Positions 11,070 through 21,599 of a stretch of DNA of 64,000 nucleotides are shown one piece after another. How positions within the stretch are numbered: position 1 is the first letter of the stretch; the number at the start of each line of letters is the position of its first letter. The DNA comes from Octopus sinensis (lineage: Eukaryota), in contig NC_043020.1 in the NCBI RefSeq assembly GCF_006345805.1, positions 27,218,001-27,282,000 of the forward strand, written 5' to 3'. The notes under the pieces are model-generated. The model saw nothing but the letters and a program-made list of their open reading frames with translations. It made no database searches and was not told where the DNA came from. The translations under genes were made by a program, and so were the position numbers.

Positions 11070-11935
11070 CGTGGGTCACATATCGATACCACCTTAAACA
11101 ACTGGAACGTTTCCATCAGATGTGCCTCAGACGGATCTATAGCATTAAGTGGAAGGACCGCATCAGTGATCTTGAAATACTCGAAGGCTCTCGGTGTGAA
11201 AGTATAGAAGCTCTTGTGTTAAAGCAAAGGCTCAGATGGAGTGGTCATCTGGTCAGAATGAAGGATTCAAGGATGCCAAAACAACTCTTTTATGGAGAGT
11301 TAGCTAAAGGAGAACGACCTCCACATAAACCAAAAAAGAGGTATAAGGACTTGTTGAAGGCTTCCTTAAGAGATGCTTGCATCTCTCCTGACACATGGGA
11401 AGGCATAGCTATTGATCGTAGCAGATGGAGAAGGATTGTGCATGAGGGGACAGCCACGTTTGAGAAATCTCGAGTTGCACATGAGAAAGTAAGGAGGGAT
11501 GTCAGGAAGGGCATCGCTGTTACACTTCCAGAAGGGAAGGGTCTTCCTTTGATTCTGACATGCAATGTCTGTGCAAGACCCTGCCTCAGTAAAGCTGGAC
11601 TCATGAGTCATCTTCGTAGTCATAAAACGAGACAGATGAGTGACAACCTGGCCACTGGTGGTGGTGTAACACACCATACTAATCATATCTGTCGGGCATG
11701 TGGAAGAGAGTGTAATTCGGCAGGAGGACTTAAACGACATGCAAAGGTACATGAAGCCCAGTTACAACTACAGCCGGCTATTACCAGTAAAGGTTTTAGT
11801 TGCCAATTTTGTACAAGACATTGTAGATCTTTAGCTGGGCTAAAATGTCACATTCGATCACAGCACCAGTAACACTTAAGCTTAGTGCAATGGCCATACA
11901 CGATAACGAGGGGCAGCCATAATAATGTATGTATG
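11070..11935 (+). mobile_element. RTE (BovB-like) LINE 3' fragment with three C-terminal C2H2 fingers, nested in a SINE
   Basis: ERFHQMCLRRI..IKWKDRISDLEIL...LRWSGHLVRM..RMPKQLFYGEL..G.R....KKRYKD; three C2H2 fingers; 250 open codons. SINE head at 10962-11069, SINE tail at about 11950-12160. Confidence 0.9.
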
Positions 11936-12572
11936 TATGTATGTATGTATGTTTGCATGTATGTATGTATGTGTGTGTGTGTGCGTGTGTCTTTGTGTGC
12001 GTTTGTCCCACGACTACCGCTCGACAACCGGTGTTGGTGTGTTTAAGTCCCCGTAAACTAGCAGTTCGGCTAAAAAAGACGGATAGAATAAGTACCAGGA
12101 TTTAAAAAGAAACAAAATCAAAAAAAATTCTTCGTGGCGGTGCTCCAGCATGGCCGCAGTCCATTGACTAAAACAAAAAAACAACAAAAGACGACCTCAA
12201 AAAACAAAACAACAACAACAACAACAACAACAACAAAGCAAAAACAAACAGCAGGCGAATGTCTTCGCAACAAGCTGGCGTCCTGTTCAAGAAGTCATGT
12301 CGAGAACTCGATCTCTTTTACACGCCAAGGACACCAGATAACGGGGCCTGTGCGTTTTAGGATTCCAGGCAGCACTGACTATGCAAACGTCTGTGTGTCG
12401 CTCATGATGGCCTAGTTTCGTTAAGCTTTTTCACGAATGGAATTTATTCAGTTTCAAAGCTATGACCGAGCAACACAGATAAAGTTTAGATACCATGATA
12501 CCATGTCAACATGTGCCATACAATGATAAAGTTTAATGGGGGAGAGACCGATATTGTGCGTATGTGTGTGTG

Positions 12573-12632
<60 letters not shown>

Positions 12633-13014
12633 TCGTATATCCGAAAAAGAAGCACGGTTTGAAACACAAAAGCATTAAATTTATAGAAGGTTGTTTGTCA
12701 TAGCCGACCAGTGACTGACCGGACATTGTTCTCTCTTTCACTCTCTCTCTCCCTGTGTTCCTTTTTCTATCTCTGTCTTCTTCTGTGTATGCGTGTGTGT
12801 GTATGTGTGTGTATACAAATGCACACGCCAAAACACCCCCCTATACATACATACATTTACATTCTCTCTCCATTCTCCCCCCCCCGTTAATCCTTTCTGT
12901 CGAAGAGCGTCGGCTCGAAAGGTAAAAGACCTTTCCATTCTTTCCAATCGTTAAACTAATACACCTGCTTGTTGTTCTACAACCTGTCTTCGTCTTTTGT
13001 TTTCTGTAAAATTG

Positions 13015-13049
<35 letters not shown>

Positions 13050-13339
13050 CATATATGGGTACAGGACGTCACCAACAGTATACAACATGAAATACGGAAA
13101 CAAATGAGTTGAATACGCAAATAACGAGAGAAAAAAAGGATATGTAATATACATACATACATACATATATTATATATATATATATAGGGGAAAAATTCGC
13201 AAAAAAAAACAAAAAAATAAAAGACGAAGACAGGTGGGTGACTAGACAACAAACAGATGTATTAGTATAACGCTCTCTCTCTCTCTCTCAATACGTATAT
13301 ATATATCTATATATATATATATATTACATTACTTATCCT

Positions 13340-13397
13340 ATATAGATAGATAGATAGATAGATAGATGATAGATAGATAGATAGATAGATAGATAGG

Positions 13398-13440
<43 letters not shown>

Positions 13441-13445
13441 GTAGA
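13340..13445. repeat. (TAGA/TAGG)n microsatellite; continues at 16632-16885 on the other side of the Tx1 element
   Basis: Direct inspection. Confidence 0.95.
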
Positions 13446-16400
13446 TATGTTTCTTTATTAGCCACACAGGGCTGCACACAGATAGAACAAATTACAAGGT
13501 AGAGCTTTTCTTTTGAAGGTTTAAAAAAAAAAAAATTAAAAAAAAAAAAAATAATAATAATAAAAAAAAAATAAATAAAATAAAATAAAAAAATAAAATA
13601 AAAAAAGGGGGGTCGATCAAAAGGGATCGTAAAAGGAGAGAAAGAGGACAAAAAAAAAGGGGGGGGGGTTAAAAAAAAAAGGGGGGAGAGGAAAAAAAAT
13701 TGATCAATAGGGATCGTTATCACAGAAATGTCAATATGAGTGTAAAGGGGAGGACAGGTGAGGTTTACCGTGGAAAGAAAAGCCTACGGAAAAGACACGG
13801 TTATGAAGTCACATGTTTATTTCTTTTTTTTTTTTTTTTTTTTTTTTTTTTGCAAATAAGCAACTCTCTGTATTAATTTTTACGGTTCATAGAATCATAG
13901 TCAGGTGGCTTCGTCATTCATACGTGCCATCCTTGCTACATTCACCCATCTTTTTTTAAAACATTCACTAGACAAAACTTGCCTCTCTACTCTCACTTTT
14001 TCTTCAAGTGATACTTGAAGAAGTTGATGAGAGATTGACCAGAGAGGAAAGTGTTTGTCTCTAAATTTCAGACGCGTCCACCAGATACATTCTTTCGCCA
14101 TAGCCACAAGTATGATAAAAATAGCTCTTCCTTCCCGTTTGAAGGAAGGAGGCGTGACGATATTAACGATAGACTCGGCTGATAAACCGACACGTCCCAC
14201 ACGTGACAGCAGTCGTTCGACATAAGCCCACAGGTGGGAAATTGCTGGACATTGCACGATTGCGTGCAGAGCGGTTTCGTCGCTCTGCCCGCATCTCGGG
14301 CAGGTCGGCCCCGTGTTTCTCGAGCCATGCCTATAGAGCTTATCCCGAACGGGTGCGCTTCTCGGTAGCACCGCCGGCCAGGGATCTCTGGAAGTTGTCC
14401 ATAGGTCCCGGGCCGAAAGTCGTTTGAAACAGGCGGGTCAGGTATTCCTCGTCGACGCCCAGGTTTGCCCCGAGCTCGTCGTCGTACCTCCCCTCCACTA
14501 ATCCCCTATAGAATGCTTTGGTTGTGTTGAAGTCACTCAAGGTCGACCCGGGACGGCAGAGTTGCTTGAGAGCAACGCGACACTCGCGGTGCCATTCGCC
14601 CTTCTTCGGCCTCTTTTTGATCCACGACTGTAGTTCGGTCATGGAGACGAGTTGCGGGAATGCGTGCCTCACAAACGGCGACCACACCTGTTCACCGTCG
14701 TCTACATAGAGCCGGAGATGTCGCAGTCTCAGCGCGTGTCTGCGCATCATCAACCACGGCATGCCCAGCCCTCCTTTTAACGGGTGTTGACAGCAAATGG
14801 ATCGCCTGACCATCGGGACGCATCCTTTCCACAAGAAGCGGAAAGAGAATGCGTTCTAGTTTGGTGATGGTAGGGTCGGGACAAGGTACGGACGGTCAGG
14901 CGGTAGTAGATGATGGACGCGATGTACGCGTTCACCACCTCCGCCCGACCTTTTAGGGACAGTTTCCTCTCGGCCCATTGCTGGGCGAGAGTGACCACCC
15001 TACTCGTTATCTCGCTCCAGTTCTTCTCCATTTGGAGGTCCGGACCGAACCAGACCCCGAGCAACTCAACCGGGCCGTCTGTCCAGCGTCCCACAACGGA
15101 GGTACTGGTGGACGGCATGGGCTTGCTTCTCCAGGTGCCGAGCCGCAAGCCCACTGACTTTTCCCGGTTGATTTTTGCTCCTGTCACCGCTTCGTAGTCT
15201 TTCAGTGTCTCGCCGACCCGCTCGATGTGCTCGTGGCTTGACACTATGACGGTGACGTCGTCCGCGTATGCAGACACGCTCGTCCCGCATCCTAATTCTC
15301 GCGGGATGCCCCTCAGAGTCGCCAGCTTCCGCAGTAGTGGCTCAAGAGTCAATACGTATAGACGCGCGAGAGGGGGCATCCCTGACGGACCGAACGTGCA
15401 ATGTCGAAGGGTCTCGATAGATGTCCATTTACGCGAATTACCGAACGGATGCCTCTGTACAAGGCAGCTATCCAGCCGCGGAAGACGGGCCGAAACCAGC
15501 CGCTCTCAGGACTGCCTCCAAGTATCGATGGTCTACCCTATCAAAGGCTTTCGATTGATCCAAGTTGATCAGGGCCCCACCCATGCCAGGTTCGTTAACT
15601 ACCCTGTCTATGATGTAGCGCATCAGATGGAGGTTGTCATGGATGCTCCGGCCCGGCACGGCGCACGTTTGTGCGTTGTCGACCAGTTTCTCCATGACAA
15701 GCGCCAACCTCTTGGCTAACACCTTTGTCAAAATTTTCAGGTCTGCATTGAGCAGAGTGATTGGCCTAAAGTTATCTATAATGTTTCCCTTGTTTGGATC
15801 TTTCTTCAGCAGAGTTACAGCTCCTCGACTCACAAACCGGGTATGCTCCCGTTTTGCTGCCAGTTGCAGTATACCGCTGCCAAGACGTCTCCAAACAAGT
15901 CTGGCATACAATAGTAAAATTCGTAGGGTAGACCATCCAAACCGGTGATTTGTCCCTCGAGCATTCTGCCATCGCTTCCCGCACTCCGCCGCCGTGATGG
16001 CACCTTCGCAGCACCCTGCCTTTCTTGTCGAGAGTCGTGGCAGGCTATGTAGGTAGGCACTGAAGTCTACCCTACGTTCTTGCCCTCCACTCGTCCCGAA
16101 CAGTCGGGCAAAATGCTGCTGAAAGGCCTCACACATTTTACTTGGCTCGAGCAATTCGCCGCCCCTGTTCATCTACCAGTGACCGAATGGTGGCTTTGTT
16201 GCCCTGTTGCGCCTCTGCCACCGGGCCTCTCTCGCGGCTCCAACACCTTCGTTCCTTAGAGCACGCATCCTAGCTCTGACAGCACATCCTTCGTGTTTGG
16301 CGTTGAAGTGTTGGTCGAGGCCAACCTCGCCGCCAAAACGTCGGATGCGATGCCGCTTCTAATTGCCTCTTCTAGCTTCTTAACTAGCTCACCCTCTACT

Positions 16401-16631
16401 CTATTTCTATCTATGGCTAGTGCTTTGCTGTACCTAATCGCTTCTGCTTTTACTGCTCTCTTGAGGGCAAACCACCATTTGTTGTTGATGATGGCTCCCG
16501 TCAAAGCCCTCTTTACTAGTGTGCTAATCCGGTCTCTGAAAACTTGTCTGGACGGGAATGATGCGTTCAGTTTCCAGTACCCAGGACCCTGTCTATGTGC
16601 CTTATCTAAGTCTAGCGTACACGTCACCAAG
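13446..16631 (-). mobile_element. Tx1-clade LINE, 5'-truncated in the APE domain, ORF2 frameshifted
   Basis: GPGYWKLNAS, NFRPITLLNADLKILTKVLAKRL, DQSKAFDRVDH, AYADDVTV, CPRCGQSDETALHAIVQC; AATAAA near the 3' end; flanked by (TAGA)n arrays. Confidence 0.92.
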
Positions 16632-16684
16632 GTAGATAGATAGATAGATAGATAGGTAGATAGATAGATAGATAGATAGATAGG

Positions 16685-16715
<31 letters not shown>

Positions 16716-16756
16716 GTAGATAGATAGATAGATAGATAGATAGGTAGATAGATAGG

Positions 16757-16795
<39 letters not shown>

Positions 16796-16796
16796 G

Positions 16797-16827
<31 letters not shown>

Positions 16828-16828
16828 G

Positions 16829-16871
<43 letters not shown>

Positions 16872-17888
16872 GTAGATAGATAGGTGTGGCAGTGTAGTAA
16901 GAAGCTTGCTTCCTAGTCACATTTAAGACGGCGAGCTGGCGGAATCGTTAGCACTCTGGACAAAATGCTTGTCAGCAGTTGAACGCCGGGATTGATGTAA
17001 TCGACTTATCTTCACATCCGAAATTGCTGGCCTTGTGCCAAAATTTGAAGCCAGTATTAATTTACGGTTCTTAAAGCTTAAACTCCCACCATCCCTAATT
17101 TTCAGTCCCATTGCGTGACACCTTGAGTAAGTGTTTTCTACTATACATTCGGGTCGACCAAAGTTTTGTGAGTGGATTTGGTAGACGGAAACTGAAAGAA
17201 ACCCGTCGTGTATATATATGTATATATATATATATATATATGTTTGTGTGTGTGTGCGTGCGTGTATGTTTCTATGTTTGTCCCCCTATCATCACTTGAC
17301 AACTGGCGTTGGTGATTGCATCCCTGTAACTTAGCGGTTCGGCAAGAGAACCGAAAGAATAAGTATCAAGCTTTAAAAACAAGTACTGGGGTCGATTCAT
17401 TCGACAAAATAATTGAAAGCAGTGCCCCAGCATGGCCGCAGTCTTGTGACTGAAACAAGTTCGAGAATAAAGTGTGTGTGTGCGTATATATATATAGCGT
17501 TTATTTTTATCTTGATTGTGTCAGTAGATTGTGGCCATGCTGGGACACCACATTGTTGAACTTTTAGTGGAAAGATTTGAACCTTGTACCATTTTTAAAG
17601 CATGGTACTTATTCTTTCGGGCTCTTTTGCCTGAACCGTTAAGTTGCGAGGACGTAAACACACCAACACCGGTCGTCAAGCGATGGCGGGGCACACACAT
17701 TTATATATGACAAGCTTCTTTAATATTTTTGTCTACCAAATCCACTCGCCAAATTTTGGGTTGGCCTTAAACTGTTCAGGGTTCCACACAGCGGAGCTGA
17801 ACCCGGAATCATGTGTGTGTCTGCGAGAGGTAGAGATAGAAAGATAGATAGATAGAGAGAGAGAGAAAAAGGGGTGGGTATTTGGAGG

Positions 17889-17898
17889 AAAAAAAAAA
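17889..17898 (-). terminator. Pol III oligo-T terminator of tRNA-Sec
   Basis: Run of about 10 T, roughly 18 nt downstream of the 3' end. Confidence 0.75.
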
Positions 17899-17915
17899 CA
17901 GGGCCCATGTCCCAT

Positions 17916-18002
17916 CGCCCGAAAGGTGGAATTGAACCACTCTGACGTCAGTCAGCTACAGGTTTGAAGCCTGCACTCCAGACCACTGAAGCTCGTTCGG
18001 GC
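17916..18002 (-). tRNA. TRU-TCA: tRNA-Sec (selenocysteine tRNA, anticodon UCA), 87 nt
   Basis: GCCCGAACGAGCTTCAGTGGTCTGGAGTGCAGGCTTCAAACCTGTAGCTGACTGACGTCAGAGTGGTTCAATTCCACCTTTCGGGCG closely follows the vertebrate tRNA-Sec sequence as I recall it. Long D-stem; variable arm CTGAC-TGAC-GTCAG fully paired. Confidence 0.97.
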
Positions 18003-18023
18003 AATAGATAATAGTATGGCGGC

Positions 18024-18034
18024 CTTATATATAG
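18024..18034 (-). promoter_or_regulatory. TATA box of tRNA-Sec external (type 3) Pol III promoter
   Basis: TATATATAAG at about -31 to -23 from the tRNA 5' end. Confidence 0.7.
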
Positions 18035-18455
18035 CCATAATTACTGCTGATAAATTTTAAACTAAGTTAACTAATTTACATTGCTTTAATTAAAAACTGC
18101 GTAATGAAAAATATTTTTGAGTATAAAACACAAGACAAGTTAATAACAGTATTTAATGTGACATAATCATAATTTTTAAAGAGTTAGTTAGCAATTAGTA
18201 ACATGTTTTGAGCTAGTTTCTGAAAAGAAATTAAACTTTATGCATAAACATGTAGACCAGACATTAAAAGTCAACATAGAAAATTAAAAACAACAATAAA
18301 AAAACAAAGAAATAGACTATTACAGTTCTCGTCTGCTTGATGGAGGGAAAGATTAAATTTCTTAGCAGGGTGACGACGAAGAAAATTGATTGTAACGTAG
18401 TGGGACAGTATTTTAAAACATACAAATTGTATATGTGTGTAAGAAGCACACACAC

Positions 18456-18565
<110 letters not shown>

Positions 18566-18699
18566 ATGTATATATATGGTCAGCTAACTTACTGTACTGG
18601 AAGCTAACTGGATAATGATTGTCTACATGGAGCTCTAACTCGTACAGTAGCAGTCGTACATTTAACCGTACGGAAAAGGCATATATATATATATATATA

Positions 18700-18705
18700 T
18701 ATATC

Positions 18706-18739
<34 letters not shown>

Positions 18740-19130
18740 GTTTAGCGTCCGCTTTCCATGCTGGCATGGGTTGGACGGTGCAACTGGAGTCTGGGAAGCC
18801 AGAAGGCTGCACCAGGCCCAGTCTGATCTGGCAATGTTTCTACGGCTGGATACCCTTCATAACGCCAACCACTCCATGAGTATAGTGGGTGCTTTTTACG
18901 TGCCACCTGCACAGGTGCCAGACGAGGCTGGCAAACGGCCATGGTCGGATGGTGCTTTTTACGTACCACCGGCACGGAGGCCAGGCGAGGTTGGTAACGG
19001 CCACGATCGGATGGTGCTTTTTACGTGCCACCGGCACGGAAGCCAGTCGGGGCGTCGCTGGCACGGCCACGTTCTGATGGTTCTTTTATGTGCCACCGGC
19101 ACTGGTATCACAGATGCAATTTCCATTGAT
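18700..19130 (-). mobile_element. SINE family C with (GAT)n tail and internal ~60-63-bp tandem units (copies at about 1-345, 3040-3220, 29245-30060, 35620-35930, 46250-46475, 48470-48830, 49820-50075, 57700-57995, 59370-59660)
   Basis: Shared GGAGTGGTTGGCGTTAGGAAGGGCATCCAGCTGTAGAAAC body and repeated GGATGGTGCTTTTTACGTGCCACCGGCAC units. Confidence 0.75.
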
Positions 19131-19532
19131 GTTGATTGATTTAGCTTTTGATTTCACTTGCCTCAACAGGTCTTCACAAGTAGGGTTTTGTGTCCCAAGA
19201 AGGAAAGGTATGCATAGGTGGACTGAGGCCATGGGTTATGGTCTCACTTGTCCTGCCGGGTCTTCTCACGCACAGCATACTTCCAAAGATCTCGGTCTCT
19301 AGTCATTTCCTCGGTGAGACCTAAAGTTCGATGGTCGTGCTTCACCACCTCATCCCAGATTTTCCTGGGTCTACCTCTTCCACAGGTTCCCTCAACCGCT
19401 AGGGTGTGGCACTTTTTCACACAACTATCTTCATCCATTCTCGCCACATGACCATACCAGCGCAAACATCTCTCTTGCACACCACAACTGATGCTTCTTA
19501 GGTCCAACTTCTCTCTCAAGGTACTTACACTC
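19130..19532 (-). mobile_element. RTE-like LINE 3' fragment (relatives at about 47400-47760 and 56900-57700)
   Basis: LRWYGHVARMDEDSCVKKC...GRGRPRKIWDEVV...DRDLWKYAV. Confidence 0.85.
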
Positions 19533-19560
19533 TGTCGATATGTATATATATATATATATA

Positions 19561-19602
<42 letters not shown>

Positions 19603-19607
19603 ATATA

Positions 19608-20000
19608 TCTTATATATAAAGCTGAAGTTGTCTGTGTGTGGCAGGTTTGGTAGGCTTCAACTAACACTATCTCCTCCGAGACCCTGCGGCGCAAGTTGAC
19701 CAAAATCGAGAGTATGATAGAAGGCTTGCTCTTCCTTCCGTAGAAGAAAAAAATTCAAATCGGACCATGTTAAGACCAAAAATTATTTACATCAAAAAGG
19801 TGCTTTTTTTCTATGAAAATCCCTATTTTTTACGATTTTTTTACTACTGTGTCGCCATTTTTCGGTGTATTTCAACCAGAAAAATCTTCACTTAAAGAGA
19901 ATAACATGCTACATAATGCAAAATTGTTACTTTTCAAAAATTCCAATTCTAAAGGGTCGAAAAGAAAACAAACCCGAGCAACGCCGGGCTATACTGCTAG
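19608..20000 (+). mobile_element. Non-autonomous Helitron
   Basis: 5' TC; 3' hairpin CCCGAGCAACGCCGGG then CTAG; inserted at an A|T site. Confidence 0.8.
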
Positions 20001-20012
20001 TATTCTATAAAA

Positions 20013-21243
20013 CTGAAATAGGTATTATTAGCAAATATATTTTGGATCGTATTTTAACTAAGTTAGATAGTGAATTAGATTTGAGTATTTGGAAAAATAG
20101 TAAGTCAGTAATAGATTGATTTAAAGGGATTAGCCATAAGCATAACTGCAAATTTACACAGTTTGATATTATTGACTTTTACCCGTCAATATCTCAGACT
20201 TTACTCCTAAAAGCATTAGACTTCGCCAAGCAGTATGTCAACATCGATAACTCGGAAATTGATATTATCATACATGCGAGGAAATTACTTCTTATTTACG
20301 GGGATTACACGTGGGTTAAGAATAGTGAGGATTTTCTATTTGATGTACCGATGGGGGCATACGAAGGGGGCTGAGTTATGTATGCTCATAGGAGCTTATA
20401 TTCTACACAATCTAAAACTAGAATTCCCGTTTATAGACGCAAGATTATATAGGGATGACGGCCTTATAGTCACCCATAATTTAAGCGGCCATGAATCAGA
20501 TAAGCTTAGGAAGGATCTTATTGCTTTCTTCCAAAGGATGGGATTACAGGTTATGATAGATACTAACCTGAAAGTGTAAATTTTTTAGATGTAAATTTGG
20601 ATTTAAGGTCGGATAAATCAAAACCTAGTGATAAGCTATCTTATATTAGTAAAGAATCCAATCACCCGCCAGTTATTCTTAGGAACTTAGTCAGTAATGT
20701 AGGTAGGCGAATATCGTCAATTTCTTCGGATGAGGCAGCATTCTAAAATGCCGCACCTTATTACAATAGCGCATTAAGGAATAGTGGATTATCTGAGAAG
20801 ATCCAGTATAACCAACTTAATGCTAGCAATAATGCTACACGTAGAACTAGGACTAGGAAAGTTTTGTGGTTCAACCCAGCTTTCAATATGGCCGTAAAAA
20901 CAAATATAGGTAGGGAATTCTTAAAATTAGTCTCTAGACATTTTCATCCTGACCATAAGTTTTATAGAATATTTAATAGAAGAGCGCTTAAGATCAGCTA
21001 TTCTTGCTGCAAAAACTTCACCTCTTTTATTAACCAACACAACAGTAGGATAAGTGCTAATAATAATAGTGCCGATTCTCTTCTTAAAAATTGTAATTGC
21101 AAAGATGGGTCCTCCTGTCCGTTGGAAGGAAAATGTCTGGAGAAAGGAATCGTGTACAGAGCCAAAGTGCAGATAGAAGGCTCATGCGAATATAGAACTT
21201 ATACAGGGCTTCTGAAAATTCTTTCAAACTCGATTTTATTCGC
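20013..21243 (+). mobile_element. Penelope-like element (RT thumb + start of GIY-YIG), degraded
   Basis: FDIIDFYPSI, FDVPMGAYEGAELC, LYRDDGL, SNHPP, WFNPAF...TNIGREFL, CNC...CPLEGKCL..GIVYRAKV...Y.GL; stops and frameshifts. Confidence 0.9.
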
Positions 21244-21599
21244 ATGAAAATTCCTTCAGATATACGTCAGGACATAGACATGTTCTTATGTGGATGTTTG
21301 TATTGTTGTTCCCCCTCTCTCTCTCTCTCTCTCTCTCACTCTTCCTTCTTGACTCTCTCGTTGCTCACACGTAACCAACGGCTATCCATCTTCCTTTCTT
21401 CCACTTCTTTCTTAAAGACAAGACGTGCTTTTGCCTGTCTCTTCTCAAAGCTCGTTTTTCCAGCGTTTACCACTTTACATCGTCTTGACCCTCACCGTTT
21501 GTTTTTACTGTTTTGTTCTTACCGTCCTGTTTTTGTTACCACTTTAACCCTCCGCAAAAAATCACAAATTTAATTTAATTTGCTTTGCAGGAACGACTG

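Noticed and set aside
10589-11097. Poly-L, poly-R and poly-S/P ORFs
   Set aside because: Translations of the (CTT/CCT)n microsatellite.
11120-11872. Host C2H2 zinc-finger gene
   Set aside because: The N-terminal part is the RTE RT C-terminus; it is 5'-truncated and nested in a SINE.
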